A stretch of 64,000 nt of DNA from an uncultured Nitrososphaerales archaeon (GCA_963841565.1 CAWJCY010000007.1:64001-128000), one strand, 5' to 3'. Numbered from the stretch's first letter, positions 32,072-43,086 are shown. Translations and numbers: made by a program. The notes: generated by a model from the letters alone, not told the origin.

Positions 32072-32466
32072 GGATTTCTATTGACTACGATGGTAGCATG
32101 TTAATAAATCCATCGAAGCCGTCTGCTAGGCCGACATGGCCATTTGAAACCTCGAGGTCACTCTTTACGAAAGGCTATATGTCATACATTAGGTCGTCAG
32201 TTTTATGAACCTCGGTCAATTATTTCTGCTACTGAAGGTACTTTTGTTGAAATTGAATCTATCCATTTCTGGTTAAGTTAATTCAATATTAGTAATTTCG
32301 ATTTCAAGGGCATTTCTGGATCACGACGAGAACACTCAAACTCCAGACTATTCCAACTTCGATTCGATTCGAGTATTTAGAGATGTTATTATCAGCTTTA
32401 TTGCTGCTGCTTAGCAACTACAATGAACTTTTGGATATTTATGTTGCTGGAGGGTTTCATGGCTTA

Positions 32467-32964
32467 ATGAGCATTTTTAAATCAGAAGAAGTGAGCAGAA
32501 GACTCGCGGACTTTGGTATAATAACGAAATACATGCCATTCCTTCAGGAACATGGTTTCTCTGAATTTGGAAAAGGCCAATTGGCAGGTAAAATGGAATT
32601 ACTCAAGGAAGGCTTTTCAGATTCTAGTACGAATCATTTAGAGCAACGATTAGATTCTCGAATCAGCATTAGTCAAGCTGATGCAAGCTCTTTTCATAAT
32701 TACGAGGAACAAGTAGTACAAAATTCTAGAAATCCGTCTATTGATGTCCCACCAAATTTGGATGACTTAAAGAACAAGAGGCAGAATTTTGATGATGGAG
32801 AACAAAAACCAGTGGGAATTAAGACAGCTGAGAGAAACGACGTACAAAATACCCTAAATCAAAGTAGGTTGAGAAACTATCTACCTGAAAATAACAAATG
32901 GAATTTTAAGAACGACGATGAATCATCATGGATAACACGAATTAGAAAATTAGCTGATATGTAG
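32467..32964 (+). CDS. Hypothetical protein
   Basis: Open frame with a largely disordered C-terminal half; start uncertain (32383 or 32467). Confidence 0.6.
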   Translation: MSIFKSEEVSRRLADFGIITKYMPFLQEHGFSEFGKGQLAGKMELLKEGFSDSSTNHLEQRLDSRISISQADASSFHNYEEQVVQNSRNPSIDVPPNLDDLKNKRQNFDDGEQKPVGIKTAERNDVQNTLNQSRLRNYLPENNKWNFKNDDESSWITRIRKLADM

Positions 32965-33126
32965 TTTCTAATATTTATGAGCGTTTGAATCTTTAACCAG
33001 CAAAGGAGAAGCGATAAAAATCTAACTGCATGGAATATTCTGCCTTAAAAAAGAAGTGAACAGGTCAAGGTAAATCGAACCGACATTGATTTCGACTCAA
33101 CTTGATGGCTCAATTGGTTCAGTTTC

Positions 33127-33480
33127 CTACAGTAGTTTCAGATCCTTAGTTATTCGATCGATTATTGGGGATGGGGCTGGCCCAATTCCCAGACATGTTA
33201 TGGTCCCTTCGGGGATTTGTGTTAACCCCCTATCTTGTATCTGAACTACAGGGAGACCTGAAGTTTGTGCCTTCCGCTTTATGTTGTGTAAATCCTCGAG
33301 AGAATGAACTTTAACAACAATTTTAGCCTGACCGGAATTAAACCATTTCATAAACCATGAAGGATTACTTGTCATTACCTGTTCTGCGCCAGAGACAGCA
33401 GCGTGAGCAACCTGGGCAGCTAACTTACCCATACCCATTCGAAGCTCCTTTCTTACTACGATTACTTGTTTGAATTCCAA
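33127..33480 (-). CDS. pth2: Peptidyl-tRNA hydrolase Pth2
   Basis: KQVIVVR..MGMGKLAAQVAHA, DRGLTQI..GTITCLGIGP. Confidence 0.95.
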   Translation of the reverse strand: MEFKQVIVVRKELRMGMGKLAAQVAHAAVSGAEQVMTSNPSWFMKWFNSGQAKIVVKVHSLEDLHNIKRKAQTSGLPVVQIQDRGLTQIPEGTITCLGIGPAPSPIIDRITKDLKLL

Positions 33481-33539
33481 TTGTTCTTGCGACCTTAGCT
33501 TAATTAATAAATCGAGTTATTTATTTCCAATACGAGGTA

Positions 33540-34739
33540 ATGAACCGAACCAAGTACGATGTGGTAGTAGTAGGTGGTAGTCTTTCTGGATTGTTGACTG
33601 CTCGAGAGATAGGCTCAAAGTCGTCGATCTCGGTCAAGGTCTTGGAAGCTGGCCACGAAATTGGTACTCCCGAACACTGTGGAGGGTTAGTGAGCCTTAG
33701 CGGATTGCGAAAGCTAGGCATAGTCCCGTCATCTAGGACGTTTAGGAACCACATTACACGAGCCAAAATAAGTTCAAAATATTCCTCCTTTGTAGTTGAC
33801 GCGAAACTTCAGGATGTGGTGGCCATCGATAGGAGGGAATTAGATAAGCAGATTGCTTTTCAAGCTCAAAAACTTGGTGTTGAAATAACAACGATGAATT
33901 CGATGAAGTCAGTCTCACCATGTCCTAATCTAGTTGAACATCAGTCTCAAAAAGTCGAAAATGGGTATGCTTATGCTGTGAGCACCACGGAGGGGACAGT
34001 ATATTGCAAATATTTTGTGGATGCCAGAGGATTGACCTCACTAATAAGAAGACATAGGGCTGGGATATTACCATCAGGACAGTACGAAGTATTCGCTCCA
34101 TGGATAGATCCCCATACTGTGGAGCTGTATTTCGATGCAGATAAATATCCAGGTTTTTTCGCTTGGGTAATACCACTAGGAGATAACAAGGCGAAAATAG
34201 GCGTAGCAGGTAGAGACATCAATGTCGTGAATTCCATTAGATCATTTCTTGAATCAAAAGGTTCTTCATATTCGATATCAAGAAAGATATTCGCCCCAAT
34301 TTATGTTTCGGGACCGATAAGGCGTTTTATTGATAAGCACAGGTTCTTGATCGTCGGGGATGCTGCTGGCCAAACAAAACCTACAACGGCTGGGGGTATC
34401 CTAAGTTCAGGAATGGGGGGTGTGCTTGCTGGCCGAGCAATCGTTAAGGCGATCGAGCAAGAAGATGATTCATTTCTTAACAGCTATACTAGCGAATGGC
34501 ACTCCATATTTGGGTACGAATTTAAAAAGTTGATATTGGCTCGGAAGATATTCGAACATTTGGATAACAAGGCCATAGATGAACTATTTTCTACGGTATC
34601 CCAGCCAGCTTTAGCGCGAATCTCTGAAGATGGGGAATTCGACTTTCATTCGGCTCCCCTTTCATTAATTCTCAATGCAAAGTCTACCTCGAGGATAGTT
34701 AAGGGTCTCCTGGGAAGCAGATTAAGGAAGGCCAAGTGA
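33540..34739 (+). CDS. Geranylgeranyl reductase family FAD oxidoreductase
   Basis: DVVVVGG..SG, HCGG, PGFFAWVIP, VGDAAGQTKPTTAGGI. Confidence 0.88.
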   Translation: MNRTKYDVVVVGGSLSGLLTAREIGSKSSISVKVLEAGHEIGTPEHCGGLVSLSGLRKLGIVPSSRTFRNHITRAKISSKYSSFVVDAKLQDVVAIDRRELDKQIAFQAQKLGVEITTMNSMKSVSPCPNLVEHQSQKVENGYAYAVSTTEGTVYCKYFVDARGLTSLIRRHRAGILPSGQYEVFAPWIDPHTVELYFDADKYPGFFAWVIPLGDNKAKIGVAGRDINVVNSIRSFLESKGSSYSISRKIFAPIYVSGPIRRFIDKHRFLIVGDAAGQTKPTTAGGILSSGMGGVLAGRAIVKAIEQEDDSFLNSYTSEWHSIFGYEFKKLILARKIFEHLDNKAIDELFSTVSQPALARISEDGEFDFHSAPLSLILNAKSTSRIVKGLLGSRLRKAK

Positions 34740-34782
34740 GCAAGATATAAATCCCGTAGTGAAACCATACTACAAGATATTA

Positions 34783-34962
34783 ATGCCAACCTCGTTACAA
34801 TTGCCTGTATGCACGTCATGTGGTCGTCCTATAATGCCAAACGATGAATGCGTTAAATTTTATTGTCCCAGTTGTGGTTATGTACTAGTGTGGAGATGTG
34901 AAAGCTGTAGAGAATTCGCTAGGATGTATAAGTGCGTAGGATGTGGATTCGAAGGACCTTAA
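34783..34962 (+). CDS. Small Zn-ribbon protein (DUF1610/HVO_2753 family)
   Basis: CTSC, CPSC, CESC, CVGC and terminal GFEGP; upstream of EF-1beta as usual in archaea. Confidence 0.9.
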   Translation: MPTSLQLPVCTSCGRPIMPNDECVKFYCPSCGYVLVWRCESCREFARMYKCVGCGFEGP

Positions 34963-34968
34963 TTAGAA

Positions 34969-35250
34969 ATGTCGAAATTAGTTGTCCGTGTCAAAATTCT
35001 ACCTTCTGAGGCAGAAACAAATCTGGACGAAGTTTCAAAGTTACTCTCAGAAACAATTCCGTCGGGAATAGAATTGAATGCCGTTTCCAAACAGCCGGTT
35101 GCATTTGGATTATACTCGCTACTAATTGATTTCATCTTAGATGATAGTGAGGGTCAGATGGATAAACTTGAGGATTTTCTTGGGAGAACTGACGGCGTTG
35201 GACAGTTTGAAGTTGTGACTATGAGCAGAAGATCAGTGCAGATAAAGTAA
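34969..35250 (+). CDS. ef1b: Translation elongation factor EF-1beta
   Basis: KILP..E..L, PVAFGL.SL motif; synteny with DUF1610. Confidence 0.92.
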   Translation: MSKLVVRVKILPSEAETNLDEVSKLLSETIPSGIELNAVSKQPVAFGLYSLLIDFILDDSEGQMDKLEDFLGRTDGVGQFEVVTMSRRSVQIK

Positions 35251-35527
35251 ATATTGCACTGGGTATCAAGGTTTTAGCACGCCTTAATTCCTGTGAGTTG
35301 TTCAAGTACAACCGAAGAGGTCATGCGATCATTGCTGGGGACGTAGAATAGCTTTTTTGAGTCAACAAGTGAACCCGAAATATATCCATTAATAACCGCA
35401 TTGGACCGAACGACCCAGAAAGCCCGTGAGGCGAATTTCAAGCAAGAAACTGAAGAAGATGGTGTAGGCGAGGATATGAAGAAAACTCCAGCTAACTTCG
35501 AGAATTTCCAGTGTCGAATTGTATGAA

Positions 35528-36445
35528 TCAGAACCTTATATAGAATAAGGCGTCCAATGCAATGCCGACAAATATAACAACCAAATAAGGCGCGGTAACC
35601 TTGTACGCCTTCCATGCAAATTCCGGGGTTGGCTCTTTCGTCAATCTATAATGGTAAACTAGCATTAACGAACCAGCTATAGCTGCTATAACTGTGTATA
35701 ATACTCCTAGCCCAAAGAAATAGAGAGCTAATGAATAAGGGAGTAGCAGTGCTGTATTGTAAAAAATATAGGTTGCAGTCTTCTGATTTCCAACTAACAC
35801 GGGCAACATCGGGACGTTTACCGTAACATACTCTTCCCGGGCCTTGATAGCTAAACACCAAAAGTGGGCAGGTGTCCACAAGAATACCAACAATCCTACC
35901 AAAAATCCAAGCAGATCTATAGAGCCTGTTGCAGCAGACCACCCTGCCATAGAAGCAGCGCTTCCCGCAAAACCACCAATTATGATGTTAGATGGATTAT
36001 TCCTCTTGAGCCAAATTGTATATACTACAACATAGATGAATATCCCTAAAGCGATCATAGATGCTGTCACCATATTTAATGTCAATACTGCGAGAATGAC
36101 CGAAACCGCACTGAGAATAAGCCCGTATAATAACACATTCTGCGGAAGTAACTTACCTGAAGGAATCGGTCTTTTCGATGTTCGTTGCATGACTTTGTCG
36201 ATATCTCTGTCGTAATAGTGATTCAAAGCACTCGAGCCCATTGATGCCAAGGTCCCAGATATAATCAAGAAAAGGAGGTTCCACATTGAGATATCCCAAC
36301 CCACTTCGGGAGTATTATCGAATCTACTCGCTGCCAGCATAGAAGTTATTGCCACAATAACAAGAACCACTACAATTCTGGGCTTAGATACTTCCAGATA
36401 CTCTCTTACAGCCACATTTTCGGACCTTAGGTGAGCTCTCACCAC
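35528..36445 (-). CDS. ctaB: Heme O synthase (protoheme IX farnesyltransferase)
   Basis: KPRIV, NHYYDRDID..M.RT..RPIPSG, YTIWLKR, FLWTPAHFW. Confidence 0.93.
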   Translation of the reverse strand: MVRAHLRSENVAVREYLEVSKPRIVVVLVIVAITSMLAASRFDNTPEVGWDISMWNLLFLIISGTLASMGSSALNHYYDRDIDKVMQRTSKRPIPSGKLLPQNVLLYGLILSAVSVILAVLTLNMVTASMIALGIFIYVVVYTIWLKRNNPSNIIIGGFAGSAASMAGWSAATGSIDLLGFLVGLLVFLWTPAHFWCLAIKAREEYVTVNVPMLPVLVGNQKTATYIFYNTALLLPYSLALYFFGLGVLYTVIAAIAGSLMLVYHYRLTKEPTPEFAWKAYKVTAPYLVVIFVGIALDALFYIRF

Positions 36446-36524
36446 TCTACCATTTAACTCATTCGCCTATCTGAAATGATCCAGAATGCGGGTATTCAGT
36501 GCGAACCCAGATTCCTTCATTGTT

Positions 36525-36815
36525 CTACTCCCTGATACTTTCAAGAGTTGAAACTACTTGCCAGAGCATTGTCCGTATGTGAGATTCCATCTGTCTATTT
36601 TGAGTCAGTCCATCAAGCATACTTACGGCATTAGCTGCCCTTACTGTGATAGTGCCAGATTTCTCATCTTTCAAAGACGCCAAAACATCTTTTACAAGAT
36701 TTCTAGTATTCCTTTGTATGTCCCTATTTTTGACTATTGCATCCAAAGTCGAGATGGTCTTTGTCAATTTTTCGATGTTCACTCTCTCCTTCTCTTCTTT
36801 TTTACTCGCGCTCAT
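36525..36815 (-). CDS. UPF0147 family protein
   Basis: VRAANAVSMLD...RTMLWQVVSTLESI. Confidence 0.85.
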   Translation of the reverse strand: MSASKKEEKERVNIEKLTKTISTLDAIVKNRDIQRNTRNLVKDVLASLKDEKSGTITVRAANAVSMLDGLTQNRQMESHIRTMLWQVVSTLESIRE

Positions 36816-36897
36816 ACAAGGATTAGTAAAATGTTCCCCATTATTTGCTTTAGCGCATAAGAGGTTATTAGACCGTTTATCCTAATGCTACAAAATA

Positions 36898-37530
36898 ATG
36901 GCTGTGGCAGCTGAAAATGTAAAGGCTACATTAAAGAAAATCTCATCAGAGTTAGATGATGTTGAGCATAGACGGGAGGTACTAATCAAAGGGACAAGGG
37001 GTGTTATCATGAAATGCAGTAAATCTATTATGGCATTGCATAGAGGGAGGTTCGAAGATGCGGCCAAACTCCTTGAAGAGGCTCAAGCTGAATTGGGTTC
37101 TCTCAGGACGCACATACGTGACGACCTTGAAAGGTATCTTATCAATGCTGAGCAGGAGCTAGTCGAAGCATACCAACTTAAATGCGTGTATGAAAAGACC
37201 AGTCTTGTTGGGATAGAGGAACTGAATGTTGCTACTTCCTCATACCTTCTAGGTCTTTTGGACTCGATAGGTGAAATAAAGCGAATGATTTATGACAATT
37301 TACGAACTGAACGAACTTCGGACGCTTTGAATTTGTTTGCATTGATGGAAGATCTTTACAGTTCGATTTATCCCTTTTCTGTTTATGACAATATTGTCCC
37401 AGGCATTAGGCGGAAGTTGGATGTAGCAAAATTACTAATTGAAAATGCCAGATCAACGCTCACAGAGGAATCCAATAGAAATTTGCTTATTAAGAGGATG
37501 GATATTTTGGAGAAGCGATTAGGAACTTAA
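36898..37530 (+). CDS. Translin/TRAX-family protein
   Basis: RREVLIK..R, QELVEA, YLLGLLDSIGEIKR, RRKLD. Confidence 0.85.
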   Translation: MAVAAENVKATLKKISSELDDVEHRREVLIKGTRGVIMKCSKSIMALHRGRFEDAAKLLEEAQAELGSLRTHIRDDLERYLINAEQELVEAYQLKCVYEKTSLVGIEELNVATSSYLLGLLDSIGEIKRMIYDNLRTERTSDALNLFALMEDLYSSIYPFSVYDNIVPGIRRKLDVAKLLIENARSTLTEESNRNLLIKRMDILEKRLGT

Positions 37531-37593
37531 AGCCATTATATGCTTCCTTGCCTAGGGATTTCCTTGTCCATAGATCGAAAAGCCATCAAACCA

Positions 37594-39039
37594 TCATAGG
37601 GGATTTTCCATAATTTCCATCAGGCCATTTTGCCATTCGGTAAACCCATCGGGAGTACTAGGATAATCATCATAATGTTTGACAAGCAAAGCATTCACTT
37701 CTGCAGTTCTCTTCAAAGATGCCGCCAGCTTTTGGTTCATTACGCTTGCAAATACAAGTCCCATCTTGCCAACAAGGCCGAACTCTGGATGTTCGCCATT
37801 AGTTATTTTCTCTACATCAAATTTTGAGATAAAATGCTTCATCCCATAATTAATTTGCTCATTGGAAAGTCCTTGCAACATGCGTCTAAACACTTCAAGA
37901 CCAGCCGTCTTGAAGCCATATTCGTCTATAAACTCCTTGTTATAGCTCCATAAACCCGCCTCAGAAATATCTCCTTGCTGAATTGCATTCACTGCATGTT
38001 TTCCTGCAAGCGTAGCTGCGATTATAGCCGGACCAATCCCCCCAGCATCTAAAGGCTTTGGCATCCAAGCTGAGTCTCCGACGAGCATATAGCCATTAGC
38101 CACCATGCAGTCATTCTGCCTGCGAACTGAAACCTGCCAGGTCCCCCATGAATTTCCGCTATCTTGATCCTCCTCTGATATTCTAGGGTTGTGAACAGCG
38201 GGATTTGAGTTTAAGTAACTGTCTATTAAATACTTAAGGTTGACAATTTTACCGCTTTTTTTATTCATCTGATCCAACGCTTTTTGTTGGACGCCTAATC
38301 CGATATTTGCTTTCAAATTACCTTTAGGGAACACCCAGGCGTACCCACCCGGAGCAATATTTTGGTCTAAATGTATTATGCAATATTCTGGGTCAAAATA
38401 TGTCTTGTCATCAATGCCAATATCAAAGGTGCATATGTATCTCCCCGTTGCCTCCAAGTCGTCTCTTAGTATCTTTCTCTGAATGTAGGAATTAATCGCC
38501 AGGTTTGTTCTCAAGACAGAAGTTACTCCTGTGCAATCAACGACCAATGAAGAAGTTTTCCTGAACGAAGCTCTCTCCTTCAAATCGTCGCCTTCAACAC
38601 CTACGACCGTATTTCCATCGGTAATAAGGCCTCTTAGGACAATGTTCCCTTTAAGGTCAACGCCCCTTGATATCGCGTCTCTGGCTTGCCTCTGTGGCAG
38701 AAGCTTTCTATTTAATATGTATCCCTCTCCATCGAATGAAATTTTCGTTTCATGATCGGGAGAATATGCAACAACTCCTTTTACTGGATGCTCGATTTCA
38801 GGATACTGCCAATTAGTATTTATTCTACTATTCATGTAATCGACGGGTTTCTTGCCAACTGCGTCACCACAAATCCAACCTGTCAGTGTCTTTCTACCTA
38901 GTGATTCCAAATCATTTCTGTCTACCACTAGGATTCTTAGCGCTTGAGATGAATAATGAGCAGCTGAGCATGCAGCAATCATGCCAGACAAGCCTCCGCC
39001 TGCAATTATGATGTCATAATCTCTGTCAACAGCAGACAT
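37594..39039 (-). CDS. Digeranylgeranylglycerophospholipid reductase (GGR family)
   Basis: IIAGGGLSG, ICGDAV, PGGYAWVFPKG, VGDSA..PKPLDAGGI. Confidence 0.9.
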   Translation of the reverse strand: MSAVDRDYDIIIAGGGLSGMIAACSAAHYSSQALRILVVDRNDLESLGRKTLTGWICGDAVGKKPVDYMNSRINTNWQYPEIEHPVKGVVAYSPDHETKISFDGEGYILNRKLLPQRQARDAISRGVDLKGNIVLRGLITDGNTVVGVEGDDLKERASFRKTSSLVVDCTGVTSVLRTNLAINSYIQRKILRDDLEATGRYICTFDIGIDDKTYFDPEYCIIHLDQNIAPGGYAWVFPKGNLKANIGLGVQQKALDQMNKKSGKIVNLKYLIDSYLNSNPAVHNPRISEEDQDSGNSWGTWQVSVRRQNDCMVANGYMLVGDSAWMPKPLDAGGIGPAIIAATLAGKHAVNAIQQGDISEAGLWSYNKEFIDEYGFKTAGLEVFRRMLQGLSNEQINYGMKHFISKFDVEKITNGEHPEFGLVGKMGLVFASVMNQKLAASLKRTAEVNALLVKHYDDYPSTPDGFTEWQNGLMEIMENPL

Positions 39040-39112
39040 GGTCCTATAGGCGTCAATTGCTGCATCTGTATTTAAAGCTAAGTTGCCCGAAGAAGCCGAT
39101 TCCTGTTCGGTC

Positions 39113-40879
39113 CTATTTGACGGTCACTGATTTAGCAAGATTTCGAGGATAGTCTGGATTTGCGTTTTTCTCAAGTGCTAGATAATATGCTATCATTTGA
39201 AACGGTATTACCTCCAAAAGAGGATATAAAACCTCATCTACCTCTGGAATTGCTATAAATAGGTCATAGACATCACTCGGTGAACTTCCTATACCTATTA
39301 GCATTGCACCTCTTGACTTTATTTCATGAGCATTGGCCTTCACATCGTCGAAAGTAGAATCGTTAGGGTTCAGAACCAAAATGCAGCTATTCTTGTCGAT
39401 GAGCGCTAGGGGTCCATGCTTCAGCTCACCTGCTGGGATTCCTTCCGCATGAACATAGCTCAATTCCTTGATCTTCAGGGCTCCCTCAAGCGCTATAGGA
39501 TAATGAATTGATCTGCCCAATACATAGATGTCTTTCACGTCCTTAATTTCGTCAGTAATTTGCTCAATCACGCTCTGTCTTTCGATTAATTCCTTCACAG
39601 CATTCCGCAATCTATATCTCTGGTCTTCCAATCCGATAACTCCTCCGGACAATTCATCTATTATGGCATAAAGTATCGTCAACTGGGAAGTAAAACTCTT
39701 GGTCGCTGCTACTCCTATTTCCGGCCCGCAATTCATATGAACAGAAATGTCACTCAGACGCGCCAAGGACGAGGTCGGAACATTCACTATCGAGATGATC
39801 TTTGAGCCTACTGGTTTCGCTTTCTTTACAACCTCTAGAACATCTGCCGTTTCCCCGCTCTGTGAAATGGCAACTATAACAGAGTCAGGCTCAATATCAT
39901 TTACAAGATATTGGAATTCACTTGACATGATGGCATCTGACTTTCTTCTTCCATACTTTGAAAGTAGTGCTTTCGCTACTAATGCACAATGATAACTTGT
40001 CCCACTTCCGGTAAAGTATACAAACGGGGCTGATTTGAGCAACTCGCTTACTTGCTCAATCTTGTTCTCCTGATCCTTTCCAGATTTAACAATGGTGTCT
40101 ACCTGTTCATTGATCTCTTTGATGGTGAAATGAGCATAAGTCCCCTTGTCAATCCCACCAAACTCCCAAGCCACTTGAGTTATTGGCCTCACAACAGGCG
40201 CACCGTCAAAACTAATCATTTCCATTTCTGAGCCGTTCAAGATTACAATGTCTCGATTATCAAGGAATATTGCTCTGTCTGTGTATTTCAAAAATCCTAC
40301 AACATCGCTGCTGATATAATACCCGTCATTTGAAATACCCACAATTAGTGGTTCATCAAATCTAGCTCCAGCAATGGTCCCATCACTAAACGCCGCAATA
40401 AAGGAAAATGCGCCAGCCAATTTCTTAGCAGTATTCTGGACCGCTCCTCTCAGATTGCCGGATTGAACATAATCCTCTTCCAGCAGATGTGCAATGACTT
40501 CACTATCAGTTTCGCTCTTGAAAATATGACCCTTTCTAATGAGCTTTGATTTTAGCTCCGAATAGTTCTGAATTATTCCATTGTGCACGACGGCGATCTC
40601 TCCGTTACAAGATGTATGAGGATGGGCATTCTTTTCTGTAACCTCTCCATGTGTTGCCCATCTTGTATGACCTATTCCAATTCGTCCAGGCAATACTCTC
40701 AAAAGTAAATTTGAATCCACATCTTCAACTCTTCCTACCCCTTTTTTGACGCTTACCTTGCCATCATTAATAGTTCCAATTCCCACGCTATCGTAACCCC
40801 TATACTCCATTTTCTGTAAGCACGTCACTAGAAGCGGAGCAGCAAGAGATTCACCTTTATACCCGATAATTGAACACAC
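39113..40879 (-). CDS. glmS: Glutamine--fructose-6-phosphate transaminase (isomerizing)
   Basis: GTG start at 40879 yields N-terminal Cys (M-CSIIG); EYRGYDS, HTRWATHG, SQSGET, PRNLAKSVTV. Confidence 0.96.
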   Translation of the reverse strand: MCSIIGYKGESLAAPLLVTCLQKMEYRGYDSVGIGTINDGKVSVKKGVGRVEDVDSNLLLRVLPGRIGIGHTRWATHGEVTEKNAHPHTSCNGEIAVVHNGIIQNYSELKSKLIRKGHIFKSETDSEVIAHLLEEDYVQSGNLRGAVQNTAKKLAGAFSFIAAFSDGTIAGARFDEPLIVGISNDGYYISSDVVGFLKYTDRAIFLDNRDIVILNGSEMEMISFDGAPVVRPITQVAWEFGGIDKGTYAHFTIKEINEQVDTIVKSGKDQENKIEQVSELLKSAPFVYFTGSGTSYHCALVAKALLSKYGRRKSDAIMSSEFQYLVNDIEPDSVIVAISQSGETADVLEVVKKAKPVGSKIISIVNVPTSSLARLSDISVHMNCGPEIGVAATKSFTSQLTILYAIIDELSGGVIGLEDQRYRLRNAVKELIERQSVIEQITDEIKDVKDIYVLGRSIHYPIALEGALKIKELSYVHAEGIPAGELKHGPLALIDKNSCILVLNPNDSTFDDVKANAHEIKSRGAMLIGIGSSPSDVYDLFIAIPEVDEVLYPLLEVIPFQMIAYYLALEKNANPDYPRNLAKSVTVK

Positions 40880-41097
40880 ACGCATAATTGTTTTAATTGC
40901 ATAAATAAAAATAGCCAAAAGGACTAAATGACCGTTATATTAGTGCATTTAGTGTAGAATTCATCCTCGTAAAGTATTCTCGATGTAAATACGCTAAGAA
41001 TGGGGCCAAAGTTTTTTTGTACCTGTCATAATTTATATATAATCTTAGTCAACGTCAGTCGTTGGAAAAGACTCTTCTTTATAATGTGGGCGACAAG

Positions 41098-42021
41098 ATG
41101 CTATCCAAACGAATAACCGTTTATAAGGATGTCAGTTATATGAGTGTCCTTTCTAACCCTGTCGCCTGGAAGATTATGCAATTGCTTTCATCTGAGGCAA
41201 AATATACTGCCCAGGTAGCAAGGGAGCTTAGGATCTATGAACAAAGTGCTTATTACTACATGCAAAAGCTACTGAGCATAGGAGCGATCCAGCAATCTGG
41301 AACTAAAACAATCCGAGGAGGGACAGCTCGTCTTTTCAAAACCGTCAACCCTTCCTATGGTTTAGAAATGGATTGGGGAGAGTCTCAATTTAGCGTTCTA
41401 TCAAATAACAAGCGTCAGGACTCTAGTAATATAGTCTTCTTTAAGGAATTCATAAAAGATAATCTGTTTAACGGACTCATTGTCGTAGGTGCTCCGGATC
41501 CGCATGGTCCATACAAATCTTCCGCAAGGGATGGACATTACGCTATCCAGCTGGCATTTTCGCTAGGAAATTTGTGCAATATATCTGATGAATTCATAGT
41601 AAAACTCGATTCTGACGCGAGGGCAGAACGAGCCATTGATGGCCGCAACATCGTGAGTATAGGGGGCCCAGGGACAAACATAGTTACGGCAGAATTTAAC
41701 AAGTATCTTCCAATCAAGTTCAATGAATCAAACTTTTGGTCTGGTTTGGCCGCAGAGACAGGGGAGTTGTATAATATGGACAATCATGGCCTGATCGCCA
41801 AGATACGAAATCCTTATGATGAGAAAAATACGGTAATCGTAGTGGCAGGGGTAAGGTCTATCGGTACCAAGTCTGCGGTGTTAGGACTGACAAATTTTGC
41901 AAGCCAAATTTTGAGAAATTATGCTGACGGACATGAATGGGCCATTGTCGTGCAAGGCTTTGACATGAACGCAGATGGGAAAATCGACCACGTTGATGTA
42001 CTTAAAGAGATTTGCAAATAG
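41098..42021 (+). CDS. ArsR-like HTH protein with a C-terminal S-layer-associated-type alpha/beta domain
   Basis: LSNPVAWKIMQLL..YTAQVAREL..YYY..KL HTH; IGGPGTNIVT and VVAG motifs. Confidence 0.7.
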   Translation: MLSKRITVYKDVSYMSVLSNPVAWKIMQLLSSEAKYTAQVARELRIYEQSAYYYMQKLLSIGAIQQSGTKTIRGGTARLFKTVNPSYGLEMDWGESQFSVLSNNKRQDSSNIVFFKEFIKDNLFNGLIVVGAPDPHGPYKSSARDGHYAIQLAFSLGNLCNISDEFIVKLDSDARAERAIDGRNIVSIGGPGTNIVTAEFNKYLPIKFNESNFWSGLAAETGELYNMDNHGLIAKIRNPYDEKNTVIVVAGVRSIGTKSAVLGLTNFASQILRNYADGHEWAIVVQGFDMNADGKIDHVDVLKEICK

Positions 42022-42056
42022 TCAGGAGAAATTTGAGTTTGACATTATCCCTGTTT

Positions 42057-42584
42057 TTATTCATTTGGACCTGACGCTGATGTAGGTGATGATGGCGATG
42101 ATGGCTTTGTGAGTTCCAAATGAACAAGGAGCATATTCTCTTCCTCTTTCCTAACTATGTGTCCAGGCAAGTTAACAAATCTATCACCTATTGAAACATG
42201 CCCGTGAACGACTATCTGCCTAGCCGTATACGGAGATTTAGTGTCTATCTTCCTCATTATCATAGTTTGAAGTCTTCTTTCCAACAAGTGCTCTATCTTC
42301 AGGTTTAAAATATCATCTAATGAAGCTGCTTCATCTATTAGACCAAGCCGGTTAAGATACTTGAGAAGCTTTATCTCTTGTTGATGTCTATCCTCAGCTG
42401 GTAGCGCAAGCAAAGCCCTTGCTTGATTCCTATACCCAGCAACCTCCGTTTGAGCTTTCCATAATTCTCTCTTATTTCGGAGTCCGTATGATCCAATAAT
42501 ATAGAGCTCCGCGCTGAGTTGATCGGATGTCCAAATTCTTCTGGGTCTGCTAAAGGTTTTTCTTGCTTTTCGAGGATCTCCCAT
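42057..42584 (-). CDS. rps4: 30S ribosomal protein S4
   Basis: MGDPRK, YGLRNKRELW, LERRLQT, ARQ..VHGH. Confidence 0.96.
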   Translation of the reverse strand: MGDPRKARKTFSRPRRIWTSDQLSAELYIIGSYGLRNKRELWKAQTEVAGYRNQARALLALPAEDRHQQEIKLLKYLNRLGLIDEAASLDDILNLKIEHLLERRLQTMIMRKIDTKSPYTARQIVVHGHVSIGDRFVNLPGHIVRKEEENMLLVHLELTKPSSPSSPTSASGPNE

Positions 42585-42609
42585 TACTCATCCATCCCAA
42601 AATTCAAAG

Positions 42610-43086
42610 TCATTTGGAGGTGGAGGCAGGCGATACTTTGCCACTCTTCTTAACGCCAACTGCGCTTCCCCTTCTTCCTGTTGTTCTCGTGTGTTGTCCC
42701 CTCACTCTTAATCCAAACATGTGCCTGTAACCACGCCAGCTCATCACGCTTTTCTCCCTATTTATGTCATTTGTGATGGCAAATTCTAGATCAGATGTAA
42801 TAAGATGAGTATCAGAACCAGTATCCATATCTGCCCGTCGATTTAGATACCATGAAGGCATCTTAATTTTTGATGGATTTCTAACCGCATCCTCGATCTC
42901 TTGTATTTCATTTTCAGTGAGATAACCTACCCTTATCGCCGGACTGATGTTAAGGGATTGCAACAGTACTTGAGAATAGTTATAACCCAGTCCTCTGATG
43001 CTACTAAGTGCGACAATAGACTTTTTGCTTCCATCTATGTCTTTCCCCGCAATTCTTAGAATGTGTTTGTATTCGCTACTCGACAA
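42610..43086 (-). CDS. rps13: 30S ribosomal protein S13
   Basis: RIAGKDIDG, WYLNRR.D, WRGYRH..GLRVRGQ.TRTTGR. Confidence 0.96.
   Translation of the reverse strand: MSSSEYKHILRIAGKDIDGSKKSIVALSSIRGLGYNYSQVLLQSLNISPAIRVGYLTENEIQEIEDAVRNPSKIKMPSWYLNRRADMDTGSDTHLITSDLEFAITNDINREKSVMSWRGYRHMFGLRVRGQHTRTTGRRGSAVGVKKSGKVSPASTSK

Noticed and set aside
35274-35615. 113-aa minus ORF, and a 41-aa plus ORF at 35401-35526
   Set aside because: The first overlaps ctaB and lacks motifs. The second has a TATA-like box but nothing else supports it.
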